A DNA stretch of 62,948 nucleotides, counting the filler. It is 5 parts of 5 records of this genome, joined end to end, with 100 filler letters (N's around TTAATTAATTAA, not from the genome) between each part and the next. Parts side by side here need not be neighbours in the genome. Positions count along the whole stretch, not along the records: positions 1 to 17,054 come from SRR20825006_240; positions 17,155 to 36,251 come from SRR20825006_243; 3 more parts are not named here. The stretch is one strand, 5' to 3'. Positions 10,441 to 20,765 of this stretch are shown here, one piece after another. The notes beneath the pieces were generated by a model. It was given only the letters and a program-made list of their open reading frames with translations. It ran no database searches and was not told where the DNA came from. Within the stretch, counting starts at the first letter, position 1. The number at the start of each line of letters is the position of its first letter. The position numbers and the translations under genes were made by a program.

Positions 10441-11196
10441 ATGCTGCTTCCCGTTTCGACCTGGACTGACATCGAAACCTGGCTGAAGACGTCCAAGACC
10501 ATCGTCATCCCGATTGGCTCCATGGAGCAGCACGGGCCGAATGGTTTCATCGGGACGGATGCGCTGTGCCCTGAAATCATTGCCCGCGAAGCCGAAAAGC
10601 TAGCGCCGGAGGACATGCTGGTCGGCCCAACCTTCAGTGTCGGCTGTGCCCAGCACCATCTCGGCTTTCCCGGCACGATCACGTTGCGCCCCTCAACCAT
10701 GATCGCTGCAATGGCGGACTGGACCGAAAGCCTGATGCGGCACGGCTTTGAGCGTATCTACTGGCTGAACGGCCATGGAGGAAACATCGCCACGATTGAA
10801 GCGGCCTTCTCTGAAATTCACGCCCGGCGCAGCTTTGACCCGCGCGGCGAGGACAATCGTCACGGCCTGAGTTTGAAACGTCGCGACTGGTGGGATTTCA
10901 AATCCGTCATGTCCTTGTGCAACCAGCTCTACCCGGTCGGTCATGGCAGCCACGCCACCGCATCGGAAGTTTCGGTGACATATTACGGCTACCCCGATCA
11001 TGCCCGCACAGATGTGGAAATGACGCCAAAAATCGCCCCGAACGGCAAGATTGGTGATGCCGTGCAATATCGCCGCGACTTCCCGGATGGCCGTATCGGA
11101 TCTGACCCCACGCAATCGAACGTGGAAGACGGCGGAAAGATCGTGGCAGCCGCTGCGCAGGCGGTGCTGGACGAGGTACGCCGCTTCTCCGCATAG
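10441..11196 (+). CDS. Creatininase-family amidohydrolase
   Basis: IPIGSMEQHGP, HHLGFPGT, NGHGGN, HA..SEVS. Start moved to the ATG at 10441. Confidence 0.88.
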   Translation: MLLPVSTWTDIETWLKTSKTIVIPIGSMEQHGPNGFIGTDALCPEIIAREAEKLAPEDMLVGPTFSVGCAQHHLGFPGTITLRPSTMIAAMADWTESLMRHGFERIYWLNGHGGNIATIEAAFSEIHARRSFDPRGEDNRHGLSLKRRDWWDFKSVMSLCNQLYPVGHGSHATASEVSVTYYGYPDHARTDVEMTPKIAPNGKIGDAVQYRRDFPDGRIGSDPTQSNVEDGGKIVAAAAQAVLDEVRRFSA

Positions 11197-11282
11197 AGCG
11201 GGTCGCTTCTACGTTAGGCCACTGGCCAGACTCGCCGAAGAACGGTATCACGAGGCTCCCGGGAAAGGATCTGTCGCGAAGA

Positions 11283-12014
11283 ATGCTGGACATTCAGAAG
11301 CTGGAAAAATCCTTTGGTGAAAAGCGGGCCGTGCAGGGCCTGTCCTTCACCGTAGAAAAGGGAACCGTGCTCGGTTTTCTCGGCCCGAACGGGGCGGGAA
11401 AGTCGACCACGATGCGTATGATCGCGGGTGTGTTGGAGCCGGACTCCGGCGACGCCACGATTGACGGAAAGTCAATCGTCTCAGCCCGTCGCGAGGCACA
11501 GGCCGCTTTGGGCTACCTGCCCGAGGGCGCGCCGCTATATGACGACATGACCCCACCAGAATTCCTCGCCTTCATGGCGGCTGCTCGGTCCCTCCCCCGG
11601 TCCGAACGTAAATCGGCAATCGAACGCGCCATTGCGGACTCTCGTATTTCCACCGTTTGCGGACAAAGGATCGGATCGCTCTCCAAGGGCTATCGCCGCC
11701 GTGTCGGCCTGGCCGGCGCCATCCTGCATGATCCACCCGTCTTGCTGCTGGACGAGCCCACCGATGGCCTAGACCCCAACCAGAAGCGAGCTGTGCGCGC
11801 CCTGATCGCGCGTATGGCGCCGCGCAAGGCGATTGTCATCTCCACGCACACGCTGACCGAAGTTCCGGCCATGTGCACACGCGCCATTGTTGTGGATCGC
11901 GGCCGTATTGTTGCCGACGAGACGCCCGAAGGCCTGTTGAAGCAATCTGCAGATGGCACGCTTGAAAGCGCGTTTACGCGGCTAACCGACCAGGCAGAGG
12001 CCGAATCCGCATGA
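11283..12014 (+). CDS. ABC-2 ATP-binding protein (GldA-like)
   Basis: GPNGAGKST, LSKGYRRRVG, LLLDEPT. Confidence 0.9.
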   Translation: MLDIQKLEKSFGEKRAVQGLSFTVEKGTVLGFLGPNGAGKSTTMRMIAGVLEPDSGDATIDGKSIVSARREAQAALGYLPEGAPLYDDMTPPEFLAFMAAARSLPRSERKSAIERAIADSRISTVCGQRIGSLSKGYRRRVGLAGAILHDPPVLLLDEPTDGLDPNQKRAVRALIARMAPRKAIVISTHTLTEVPAMCTRAIVVDRGRIVADETPEGLLKQSADGTLESAFTRLTDQAEAESA

Positions 12015-12766
12015 ACCGGTTCCGTCAACAATTCGACAGTTTCCTGCCGACCTTCCGGCGCGAGCTTGGCGCATACTTCGCAACACCTATGGCCTATGTT
12101 TTCCTCGCCGTGTTCCTGCTCTCTATTGGCATGTTCACATGGGAGGCCGCCCGCTTCTTCGATACAGGCACTGCAGACCTGTCCCCGTTCTTCGTCTGGC
12201 ATCCCTGGATCTACATGATCTTCCTGCCAGCGCTCGCAATGCGCCTCTGGGCAGACGAAACCAGCGCAGGCACTGACGAGCTGCTTCTTTCACTCCCCCT
12301 CGGCATGCCGGGCCTGGTGCTGGGAAAGCTCTGCGCCGCATGGACCGTCGCGGCTGTCGGGCTGGTCCTGACGCTACCCATGTGGATCACCGTCAATTAT
12401 CTCGGCAATCCGGACAATGCTGCCATCGCGCTGACCTATTTTGTCAGCCTTCTGATGGCTGGCTCCTACCTTTCCATTGGGGCCGCTATCTCCGCCCTCA
12501 CCCGCAGTCAGGTGACCGCCTTTGTTATGAGTGTTGTCGTGGCCTTCGTGTTCACCGCCGCCGGATGGCCTTTGGTCTTGTCTGGGGTGAAGAGCCTGTT
12601 CGGCGCGGGCTTTGCCGACCTGGTGGCCCAGTTCTCGTTCCTGTCGCATTTTGAGGCTGCGCAGCGCGGCGTGCTGGAATTGCGCGCTGTGCTGTTCTTC
12701 GTCGGCTTCATGACGCTGTGGACCATCCTCAACGGCCTGTGGGCATCTCGTCAGAGGCTCGGCTGA
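12011..12766 (+). CDS. ABC-2 permease (GldF-like)
   Basis: RELGAYFATPMAY, PALAMRLWADE..GTDELLL, about six TM segments. Confidence 0.88.
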   Translation: MNRFRQQFDSFLPTFRRELGAYFATPMAYVFLAVFLLSIGMFTWEAARFFDTGTADLSPFFVWHPWIYMIFLPALAMRLWADETSAGTDELLLSLPLGMPGLVLGKLCAAWTVAAVGLVLTLPMWITVNYLGNPDNAAIALTYFVSLLMAGSYLSIGAAISALTRSQVTAFVMSVVVAFVFTAAGWPLVLSGVKSLFGAGFADLVAQFSFLSHFEAAQRGVLELRAVLFFVGFMTLWTILNGLWASRQRLG

Positions 12767-12767
12767 C

Positions 12768-14660
12768 ATGAAGGCGAAACACTACCTCATCATCGCAACA
12801 GCGCTCACGGCAATCATTTTCGTTGCGGCAAACCTTCTTGTACAGAAGGTCTTCACTGGCGCGCGCATCGATTTTACCGAGAACAATCTCTACACACTCT
12901 CGGACGCGACAAAGTCGACATTGAAGACCGTGGCAGAACCAGTCGATCTGACTTTTGTCTACACACGTAGCGCCGGGCAGGATTTCCCGGCCATCCGCGC
13001 CTATGCCGCGCGTGTACGCGAATTGCTGCAAGTCTATGAGAGCCAGTCCGATGGCAATGTCCGCGTGACCGAGATCGACCCCCTTCCCTTCTCGCCGGCT
13101 GAAGACCAAGCGCTCGCCGCGGGCATCACTGCGATCGATACAAACGGCAGCGATCCGCTCTATTTCGGCATCATCGGTCGCAACTCAATTGACGACCAGC
13201 GGGTCATTCCCTTCCTCGCACCCGAACGGGAGGTGACACTAGAATACGACCTGACCCGTATGGTTGCGCGGCTGGACGATCCAGATCCGCCCAGAGTCGG
13301 GATCCTGTCTTCGCTGCCCGGCATGACCGCACCCGGAGGTGAAGGTGGGTACACGCTCCTGCGCGACATACACAAATCGTTCGATGTCGAACCAATCGCG
13401 GAAACTTTTCAGTCATTGCCTGAAGACCTGGACGTCTTGCTCATCGCTCAGCCGCCACTTCTGTCCCCACGCCAGGAATGGCTGATCGACCAGTTTATCT
13501 TGCGAACAGGTCGCGCCGTGATTCTCGTGGACCCCGCTGCCAAGACGGTCGCAAGCACGGGTCCGTTCAACATGAGTGACGCGGCCACGTCCTCCTCCCT
13601 CATGGCTTGGGGAGATGCCTGGGGTGTGGAACTGTCGACCGCCGCGGTCGCTGACGCCGCCAGCGCCCTGCCCGTTCCGGTCGATACCGGTGGCGGACGC
13701 ATAGAGGAACTGGCGCATCCGCTGTTTCTCGGCATACCCGCCGGAGACATGAATCAGGATGACCTGATTACCGCAGACCTCAGCCGAGCAGTCAATTTCG
13801 GAGCACCGGGAGCTTTCTCTACTGAAGACTTGGCCGCGACCCTTGAGATGACGCCCTTGCTCTCCACAGGGCCAAGCCCTTCCTTCATTGATGCATCGGA
13901 CGCCATCACCGACATGGCGCCCCAGCAGGTGCTGCGTCAGTATCAAACTGAGCCAGCCCCGCTCGTCCTAGCCGCAAGACTGTCCGGCAGGCTGAGCACG
14001 GCCTTCCCGCAAGGTGCGCCGGCTTTCGATGAACCGTCCGATCCAATGCTGGCAGAGATCGCGCGCGCCGAGGCGGCAAGCGCCCTGCCCCACATTTCGC
14101 AAAGTGAAACCGATGCACAAATCGTCCTCGTCGCTGATGTCGATTTCATTGCAGATGACTTCTACATAATTCCCAACGAACAGATCGTCGTTGCCGACAA
14201 TGGCGCGCTGGTCCTGAATGCGTTGGACGCACTGGCTGGGAGTGGAGAACTCTCACGCCTCCGGTCGCGTGCGCCCAGCCTGCGCCGCATGAAGCGAATA
14301 GACCGTATGCGGGAAAATGCCGAGGCGATCTATTTCCGCCAGCAATCAGCTCTGCAGGACAATCTCCAGACGGCGCAGGCGCGATTGGAAGAGTTGCAGG
14401 CCATCGGTGCAACGGATGGATTTTTCTCTGGCGACCTCGAGGCCGATCTGACCGAAGCCGAGCGTACGGAACTTTTGGACCTCCGCCAGAAGATCGTCGA
14501 GTTGCGCGCCCAATTGCGGGAAATCGAGCGCAACTACCGGCGCGACATCGACCGTCTCGAAGGCACGCTCAAAGCCATCAATATCTGGGGCGGCCCATTT
14601 CTGGTCTGTTTGATCGGACTATTCGTCTGGTATCGCCAGAAGCGGAAAGCGACAGCATGA
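12768..14660 (+). CDS. GldG-family ABC auxiliary protein
   Basis: RIDFTENNLYTLS, EYDLT, DQFILRTG, C-terminal coiled coil and TM anchor. Confidence 0.85.
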   Translation: MKAKHYLIIATALTAIIFVAANLLVQKVFTGARIDFTENNLYTLSDATKSTLKTVAEPVDLTFVYTRSAGQDFPAIRAYAARVRELLQVYESQSDGNVRVTEIDPLPFSPAEDQALAAGITAIDTNGSDPLYFGIIGRNSIDDQRVIPFLAPEREVTLEYDLTRMVARLDDPDPPRVGILSSLPGMTAPGGEGGYTLLRDIHKSFDVEPIAETFQSLPEDLDVLLIAQPPLLSPRQEWLIDQFILRTGRAVILVDPAAKTVASTGPFNMSDAATSSSLMAWGDAWGVELSTAAVADAASALPVPVDTGGGRIEELAHPLFLGIPAGDMNQDDLITADLSRAVNFGAPGAFSTEDLAATLEMTPLLSTGPSPSFIDASDAITDMAPQQVLRQYQTEPAPLVLAARLSGRLSTAFPQGAPAFDEPSDPMLAEIARAEAASALPHISQSETDAQIVLVADVDFIADDFYIIPNEQIVVADNGALVLNALDALAGSGELSRLRSRAPSLRRMKRIDRMRENAEAIYFRQQSALQDNLQTAQARLEELQAIGATDGFFSGDLEADLTEAERTELLDLRQKIVELRAQLREIERNYRRDIDRLEGTLKAINIWGGPFLVCLIGLFVWYRQKRKATA

Positions 14661-15709
14661 GCGATGTGAGATCAAAACAGCGGATTCGTCGTCTCCAGAT
14701 TATGGGAGGCATTGCGATTGGCCTGACTGCACTGACATTTACTGCCCATAGTCTTCACGGCCCATCTGCGCGGTCGTCTGAACGCGACGGCCAGCGGGTG
14801 ATCCCCGATTTTGCCGCCATTCGCGCCGATGCCAGCGAGATTCGTGTCACCTTGTCTGATGAAGCCTACACGCTGGCCAACACGCAGGATGGCTGGAAAA
14901 TGGGAGGCCCGGACGGTTATCCCATCCGCCCCGACCGGCTTGCGGAACTTGCAACGGGCCTTGAAGGCCTGAGCTGGGGCGAAGGGCGCACGCGCGATCC
15001 CGACAAGCTGAATCGTATCGGTCTTGGTGACCCGCGAGATGGCGGCACTGGTGCATTGGTCGAAATTCTTGATGAGGATGGCAAGATCACGGCCGCCCTG
15101 ATTACGGGGCGCAAGGACAGCCGCGTCTATGGTCGCCTGCCAAGCGAGGAACAGGCCTTTCAGGTCAACGGGGACTTGCCGCCACTCTATAGTCATGACG
15201 CTTGGCTCGATTTCGATATTCTGGACATCAATTCAGACGCCATCTCGGCCGTAAGGCTCTTCGATTCCATGGGCGAGAGTCTGTATTTGCAGCGCTCTGT
15301 CGGATCGAGCGACCGCAGCTTTGTCCCTGGTCCGCCTTTTCAGGACTTCAGATTGGTCAGCCGTCTTGCTGCCTCTACGCCCGCCCTCGCCCTGACGCGG
15401 TTTGCACCCATTGGGGTGAAGCCAGCCAGCAAACTGCAAACGCGCACTGTCGCGCGCCATATCACCGAGACCCATGACGGGTTGGAAGTCGAGCTTCGCG
15501 CTTTCAGGGAGCCTGATGGGTATTTCGTGACCCTGCGGGCCATTGAAGCCGGCGAAGGCGCCCATCGCGGCAGCACGATCAATGACAAGGCCGAAGGCTG
15601 GGCCTATCAGCTGGCAGAGTATGACTGGAATGAATTCACGCCGCGCGTGTCCTCAATTGTGAGAGCGCCGGTCATGGCTATCGAGACCAGACAGCCTGCC
15701 CAGCCCTGA
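14657..15709 (+). CDS. DUF4340-like membrane-anchored protein
   Basis: N-terminal TM, ...GWKM..DGYP, RIGLGDP; typical fourth gene of GldAFG-like operons; 4-nt overlap. Confidence 0.7.
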   Translation: MSDVRSKQRIRRLQIMGGIAIGLTALTFTAHSLHGPSARSSERDGQRVIPDFAAIRADASEIRVTLSDEAYTLANTQDGWKMGGPDGYPIRPDRLAELATGLEGLSWGEGRTRDPDKLNRIGLGDPRDGGTGALVEILDEDGKITAALITGRKDSRVYGRLPSEEQAFQVNGDLPPLYSHDAWLDFDILDINSDAISAVRLFDSMGESLYLQRSVGSSDRSFVPGPPFQDFRLVSRLAASTPALALTRFAPIGVKPASKLQTRTVARHITETHDGLEVELRAFREPDGYFVTLRAIEAGEGAHRGSTINDKAEGWAYQLAEYDWNEFTPRVSSIVRAPVMAIETRQPAQP

Positions 15710-16360
15710 TCAGGGCGCGATCACCATTGTTTCGAGAACAGGGCCGAAACCAGCTTCCTGGACAATAATCGCACAACCAGACTCACAATGCGGAACACTG
15801 AGTTCGACTGGATTTCCCAACCATGGCCCAAGTGCAGATACCCGCGTAACCGGATGAAGCATATCGGTCGTGTTGGCTTCACCGGAAAGGTAATCAACAA
15901 GCCAGATATCAGCCAGATCCGGCACTTGTCCCGACAGACGAATTTTGTCGCCGGTACGCACAAGTTGGACATCGAAATCTGACTTGTCCTGAATCTTCGC
16001 AAGCGCCCGCTCGACATAGTGGCGCTTGTTGCCTGCGCATTGTTCCTGTCCATTATAAACCGTCTGCGGCGTATAAGGGCCGCGCAATCGGAAGCGATCT
16101 GTATAGCCCCGCTGTCGATCCTTGGATTCCGTCATCGCCATCGGGTCCTTGTCGCCAAGATAGTCCCAATAGTCGACGGACCAGGTCAGCACGAGCAGAT
16201 CATCGCGCTCGGCATTCACCGCTTTCAACGTTTTGTGGGCTTTTGGGCAGGCGCGGCAATTCTGGGACGCAAACAGCTCCACCAATACCGGACCTTCGGC
16301 AAAGGCGGGTGCCACCATGAGTTCCATGGCAAGCAGGAGGGAAAGCACAATTCGTATCAT
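15710..16360 (-). CDS. DUF1223 thioredoxin-like secreted protein
   Basis: VELFASQNCRACP (CxxC), VDYWDYLG, YTPQ. Confidence 0.85.
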   Translation of the reverse strand: MIRIVLSLLLAMELMVAPAFAEGPVLVELFASQNCRACPKAHKTLKAVNAERDDLLVLTWSVDYWDYLGDKDPMAMTESKDRQRGYTDRFRLRGPYTPQTVYNGQEQCAGNKRHYVERALAKIQDKSDFDVQLVRTGDKIRLSGQVPDLADIWLVDYLSGEANTTDMLHPVTRVSALGPWLGNPVELSVPHCESGCAIIVQEAGFGPVLETMVIAP

Positions 16361-16422
16361 TTCAGTCCCAGTTTATAGAGCCAACTCCGCTCCCGTGACA
16401 GTCACAGGGATGTGAGGGCTGC

Positions 16423-16452
16423 AAAAAAGCCCCCACAGCACGCTGCAGGGGC
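16423..16452 (-). terminator. Probable terminator of acnA
   Basis: GC-rich imperfect hairpin next to an A6 run (U-tract on the minus strand). Confidence 0.55.
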
Positions 16453-16477
16453 CCTCTGATCAGAAATCGCGAACCGC

Positions 16478-17054
16478 TCAGGCTGCTGCGCGGGCGAGGT
16501 TCCGCAGCACATAGTGCAGGATGCCGCCATTGCGGTAATAGTCGAGTTCGTTCTCGGTATCGATGCGGACCGTCGTATTGGCGGTGAAGCTCGTACCATC
16601 TTCGCGTGTGATCTCCACGGCGAGCGTCTGGCGCGGCTTGATTGAATCGATTCCCTTGATGGTCACCTGCTCTTTACCGGTCAGGCCGAGCGACGCGGCA
16701 CTCTCCCCGTCAGCAAATTCGAGTGGCAGAACACCCATGCCGATCAGGTTTGACCGGTGGATCCGCTCAAAACTGCCCGCGATGACGGCGCGAACGCCCA
16801 GCAGAACCGTACCCTTGGCCGCCCAGTCACGCGACGACCCATTGCCGTAAAGATCGCCAGCAAACACAACAAGCGGTGTACCTTCGGCTTCATACTTCAT
16901 GGCCGCATCATAGATCGGCATCTGCTCAGCGTCCGGATAGTGTACCGTTACGCCGCCTTCGACACTCGGAACCATCTGGTTCTTGATGCGGATATTGGCG
17001 AACGTGCCGCGCATCATGACTTCATGGTTGCCGCGGCGCGAGCCGTAGGAGTTG
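16478..17054 (-). CDS. acnA: Aconitate hydratase A, C-terminal fragment
   Basis: [56 protein letters not shown]. Confidence 0.96.
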
Positions 17055-17154
17055 NNNNNNNNNNNNNNNNNNNNNNNNNNNNNNNNNNNNNNNNNNNNTT
17101 AATTAATTAANNNNNNNNNNNNNNNNNNNNNNNNNNNNNNNNNNNNNNNNNNNN
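17055..17154. other. Artificial contig spacer
   Basis: N runs flanking TTAATTAATTAA (stops in all six frames); genes are truncated on both sides. Confidence 0.99.
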
Positions 17155-17694
17155 CACCGCGACATCAAACCCGAGAACATCTTCGTCGAACAACGCCTGG
17201 GCCGCGCATGGCCTGTGATCGTGGACTTCGGGTTGTCCTTTGTCGAAGGTTCGAAGACGCTCGGGATGCTCCCGCTGAACGAGCGCGGAGTCACGGGCAC
17301 GCCGCTTTACATGTCGCCCGAGCAGATCACGAACCAGGACCTCTGCACGGCGACCGATATCTACTCGCTCGGGAGCGTGCTCTACGAAATGCTCACCGGC
17401 AAGGCGCCCTACGAAGAGCCCGGCCTGAGCGTGGTCGAGACCATGAAGCGAAAGATCGTGGCAGACCCCGAGGCGTTCTTCATCGATTGGGACGAAGGCG
17501 CCCTGGACACCCTCGTCGCCTGGATGCTCGCCAGGTATCCCGAAGAGCGCGTCGTCGCTCCCGCGGTCGCCGAGGTCCTGCGCGCGCATGACCTGCACCC
17601 CGCGAAACACTCGCCGTATGGCTGGCACACCACCCGCGCCACTCCTGTCGGTCGCCTCGACGCGGTCGGACGCCTCTCGTTCCGAGCTTCCTGA
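17155..17694 (+). CDS. Hanks-type Ser/Thr protein kinase, C-terminal fragment
   Basis: HRDIKPENIF, DFG, GTPLYMSPEQ, DIYSLG. Confidence 0.92.
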   Translation, partial: HRDIKPENIFVEQRLGRAWPVIVDFGLSFVEGSKTLGMLPLNERGVTGTPLYMSPEQITNQDLCTATDIYSLGSVLYEMLTGKAPYEEPGLSVVETMKRKIVADPEAFFIDWDEGALDTLVAWMLARYPEERVVAPAVAEVLRAHDLHPAKHSPYGWHTTRATPVGRLDAVGRLSFRAS

Positions 17695-17721
17695 GGTTCA
17701 GGGTCGCCCGCCTGCGTAAGA

Positions 17722-18000
17722 TCAGTCTTTGTACTTGCTACAAAGGAGCGTCGTGCTCCTGCAGTCATAGTATCCTCTGTCGTGGCACATCTTCGTGCCG
17801 ACGGCGTCGCGATCTCCATACCGATCAGAGCCCTCGGCGGGAATGAACTGCCCCACACCACCCACATTGGGGTCGAGGCACATCTCGCGGGTATCCACGA
17901 ACGCACATGCGTCTCTCTTCGGATAGATGCAGATGCCGTTGTCCTTGTCGCAACCAGCGAGAAGCACTGACAGCGCGAGTGTGACCGTGATTAGCTTCAT
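17722..18000 (-). CDS. Small Cys-rich lipoprotein, orphan
   Basis: Lipobox LAGC followed by six more Cys in 92 aa. Confidence 0.7.
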   Translation of the reverse strand: MKLITVTLALSVLLAGCDKDNGICIYPKRDACAFVDTREMCLDPNVGGVGQFIPAEGSDRYGDRDAVGTKMCHDRGYYDCRSTTLLCSKYKD

Positions 18001-18120
18001 ATTGGCGCTCTTTGTGTTTTCTTATAGTCAGTATTTTGAGATTATCTTTCGATAATTTATAGTATGACCTATATCTTACCTGCTTCCGAACTGGCTGCGC
18101 AAATGTGACGTGGAGTCCGT

Positions 18121-19008
18121 TTGTCCCTTTCTTCAAAGATCACTCTGTCGCTCTTCTATCTTTCGATATCAGTGGGGTGTCACGAGCCGGTCGATCCTAC
18201 CACCGAGCCCGAAGAGTCACTCGCCCGGGAACAACCCGAGGACGCTGATACGAATGCACGGAACCCTTCGAATTGTCCTCACTCCAGACGTCTCGGGCTT
18301 TCTTATGGGCTGATGAAGGGCGGCGACGCGGTTCGCTGGTCAGAGTTCATCGAAGATGATGCGTTGGTGACCGGGGTTCATCAAACCATCGAACTCTCTT
18401 TGTTGCAGAAGGGTTCGATGGAGGTCAGGCGTGATGTGGTACAGGATTGGGTGTTCGAGTTCGGCGTGAACTCTATAAGGGACAGGGCGATCGAGAAGAT
18501 GTCCTTCGTGATGTCGGTGACCGTTGTCGAGGATGCCACCCTCGATTTCGAGGACGCACTGGAGTCCTTGAGTCAGGCTCGCGAACTTCGGACGAGGGTG
18601 TACAAGGTCTTCAGGCTACATCCTGAAACTGGAGAGCCGAGCAAGGAAGAATACTTCGAGCTATGGTCCGAAGATCGCCTGTTAGTCGGGCAGTACAATT
18701 TCTTTGCAGGGGACAGGGCGACTTCTTCCGTGTTCGAAGCGGCATACCACGACAGCCTCGGTTTGATGAACCTCCAGCTTGGTGCAAAACCTCATCCTCT
18801 ATGCCACGGTGATTCGGCACCACGCGTTTACAACGAAGTGAGCTTCGAGAGCGAAGGCGGGGAAGTGCGCGCATTTCGATACGTTCCCGCGTTCTTCGAG
18901 GCGAAGGGTGAAGAGTACTCCTTGAGTCTGCAGGAGGATGGCGGTCAGAACCCAGCGAGCCATGGTGTTTCTTTTGTCGTTTTGCCCAGGAGTTGGGTTT
19001 CGCTCTGA
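18121..19008 (+). CDS. Hypothetical lipoprotein
   Basis: 295-aa ORF with SVGC lipobox-like motif; no family recognised; TTG start uncertain. Confidence 0.6.
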   Translation: MSLSSKITLSLFYLSISVGCHEPVDPTTEPEESLAREQPEDADTNARNPSNCPHSRRLGLSYGLMKGGDAVRWSEFIEDDALVTGVHQTIELSLLQKGSMEVRRDVVQDWVFEFGVNSIRDRAIEKMSFVMSVTVVEDATLDFEDALESLSQARELRTRVYKVFRLHPETGEPSKEEYFELWSEDRLLVGQYNFFAGDRATSSVFEAAYHDSLGLMNLQLGAKPHPLCHGDSAPRVYNEVSFESEGGEVRAFRYVPAFFEAKGEEYSLSLQEDGGQNPASHGVSFVVLPRSWVSL

Positions 19009-19031
19009 GCTATCCGACGCTCGGGTGCCGA

Positions 19032-19113
19032 GCGAAAAAGGGGCCGCGTCATTTTGCTGTGCGGTTGGAGTCGGCTGATCCCATACAGCAAAATGACGCG
19101 GCCCCTTTTTCGC
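19032..19113. terminator. 29-bp perfect inverted repeat (bidirectional terminator or small repeat element)
   Basis: GCGAAAAAGGGGCCGCGTCATTTTGCTGT-N24-ACAGCAAAATGACGCGGCCCCTTTTTCGC between convergent genes. Confidence 0.8.
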
Positions 19114-19133
19114 GTGCCGCCTTGGCGCAGTGA

Positions 19134-20765
19134 TTACCAGCCGGTCGTCCTGGCGAGCACGAGCGCGCGAATCAGCGCGCCCATATCTCTGCCCGATTCG
19201 ACAAAGCGCTTTGTCGCCTCTTCGAGCTCGATGGCGTCCTGGCCCACATCGAGCGTTCTGCCGCCAAACCGCTCATAGGCGCGGCGCACCGCGCATCGAT
19301 CGAACGCGCCCGATGAGACGAGGATCTTGGCGAAGCCGCGCGGGCCGATGGTGCCATCACTGACCTGACCGAGCAGTTTTTGTTCCGGCGGCATGTAGTC
19401 GATAAGCCGCACGTTCAAATCAGACTCGGCCTCTTCTTCAGTGATGGGGGTCATCACTGTGTTCGGGAGGTAGGTCCCCTCGAAGCGTTTGCGGTTGGCG
19501 TTATAGCTCACCAGGTTCTCGACCTTCCACTCACCGAGCCCTGCGATCGAGCCTCCAAACCCATAGATGCGTTTGAAGCTGATGGCCGCAGGATCGAGCC
19601 TCGTGTGGCAGTGGAGGCAGACGCCTTCTGTGGCAGGATCGCGCTGATAGGCGGGGAATTCGATCGGAACCTCGGGCGGTGAGAACTCGTCGCAGGCGAG
19701 GCTTTCGAGCCACCTGGCAGCGCGCACGCGAGGTCTTGGCCACGAGGTGTTCGGCCCGATCATCGTGAGCACGCCCGAGGCAGGCAATCCCTCGAGCTCG
19801 CCGCCATCGCGAGGATCATAGGTGTAATCTGGATCATCGAGCCAGTGCGGGTTCATATTCGAGAACGAAACCTCGATCTGCTCGCGGTTGTCCGTGAACA
19901 TCTCGAACCAGCGCTCGGCGTCATCATCGGTGTGAACACCGCTCATGCGACCTGCGCGCAGGTACATGTGATAGAGGCCCCGGTTTGCCACGGTGTAATT
20001 GCCGAGCACCAGGTCGCTGAACGGGCGCCCCTCGGTGACGATGTAAGCGAGCAGGTTGGCGGGCTCATCCATCAGCGCGCGGTTCATACTCTCCGGGTGG
20101 TAGAGCTCGCCGTCGCCATAACCCTTGGGATAACTCCCTTCGTAGGGCAGGCCGAGGTTGCCGCGCGAACAGAACGTGAAGTTCGGACCGCATCCGCATC
20201 CAGGAGTTGGCGGCGCGACCCAGTAGCTGCTCAACCGCACGACGCCGCAATCGGTCCCTTCATAAAAGGTGTCGAAGTTGGCGGCGTTGCCCACCGCCAT
20301 CACCATCGTGTCTGGCGCCCACCAGGGCGTCCCGACAGAGGTCGGCGCCTCGGGGTCGTCGCAGATCGCCCCATCATTGGAGTTCGGACCGCTCGAGATG
20401 ACGACCGCGCCTGGGTAAAGCGTGTCTTCTCCGCAACGGTTGGCGTCGATCGCCTTGCCGTTGTCCCAGACCCTGCCTGCGTCAATCCTGGGGAAGGGGA
20501 TATAGTCGCGCCCCCAGTCGATCAGGTGCGCGTGAAACTCGCTCGTTTGCATCAACGCGTCGATCTCGGCCTCGATGAAGGCGTCAGGATCGGGCGCTTC
20601 GAGCAAGGCTTCGTAGCGCTCGACGTCAGGTTCTTGCTGCGTGAGCGCGAGCGTGACCCGACGCAACCTGCGCGTCGGCGAGAGTTCTTGCGCGTATGCG
20701 GCTGAAACATCCGCGATGCAGAGCGCCATAAGAGAGAGCAGTGATACGAGTGTTTTCTTCTTCAT
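19134..20765 (-). CDS. Secreted DUF1588/DUF1585-like protein with CxxCH
   Basis: Signal peptide, RRLRRVTLAL, GVLT...RVRAARWLESLAC, CLHCHTRLDP, FDRCAVRR; Cys-rich GCGCGP insert. Confidence 0.7.
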   Translation of the reverse strand: MKKKTLVSLLSLMALCIADVSAAYAQELSPTRRLRRVTLALTQQEPDVERYEALLEAPDPDAFIEAEIDALMQTSEFHAHLIDWGRDYIPFPRIDAGRVWDNGKAIDANRCGEDTLYPGAVVISSGPNSNDGAICDDPEAPTSVGTPWWAPDTMVMAVGNAANFDTFYEGTDCGVVRLSSYWVAPPTPGCGCGPNFTFCSRGNLGLPYEGSYPKGYGDGELYHPESMNRALMDEPANLLAYIVTEGRPFSDLVLGNYTVANRGLYHMYLRAGRMSGVHTDDDAERWFEMFTDNREQIEVSFSNMNPHWLDDPDYTYDPRDGGELEGLPASGVLTMIGPNTSWPRPRVRAARWLESLACDEFSPPEVPIEFPAYQRDPATEGVCLHCHTRLDPAAISFKRIYGFGGSIAGLGEWKVENLVSYNANRKRFEGTYLPNTVMTPITEEEAESDLNVRLIDYMPPEQKLLGQVSDGTIGPRGFAKILVSSGAFDRCAVRRAYERFGGRTLDVGQDAIELEEATKRFVESGRDMGALIRALVLARTTGW

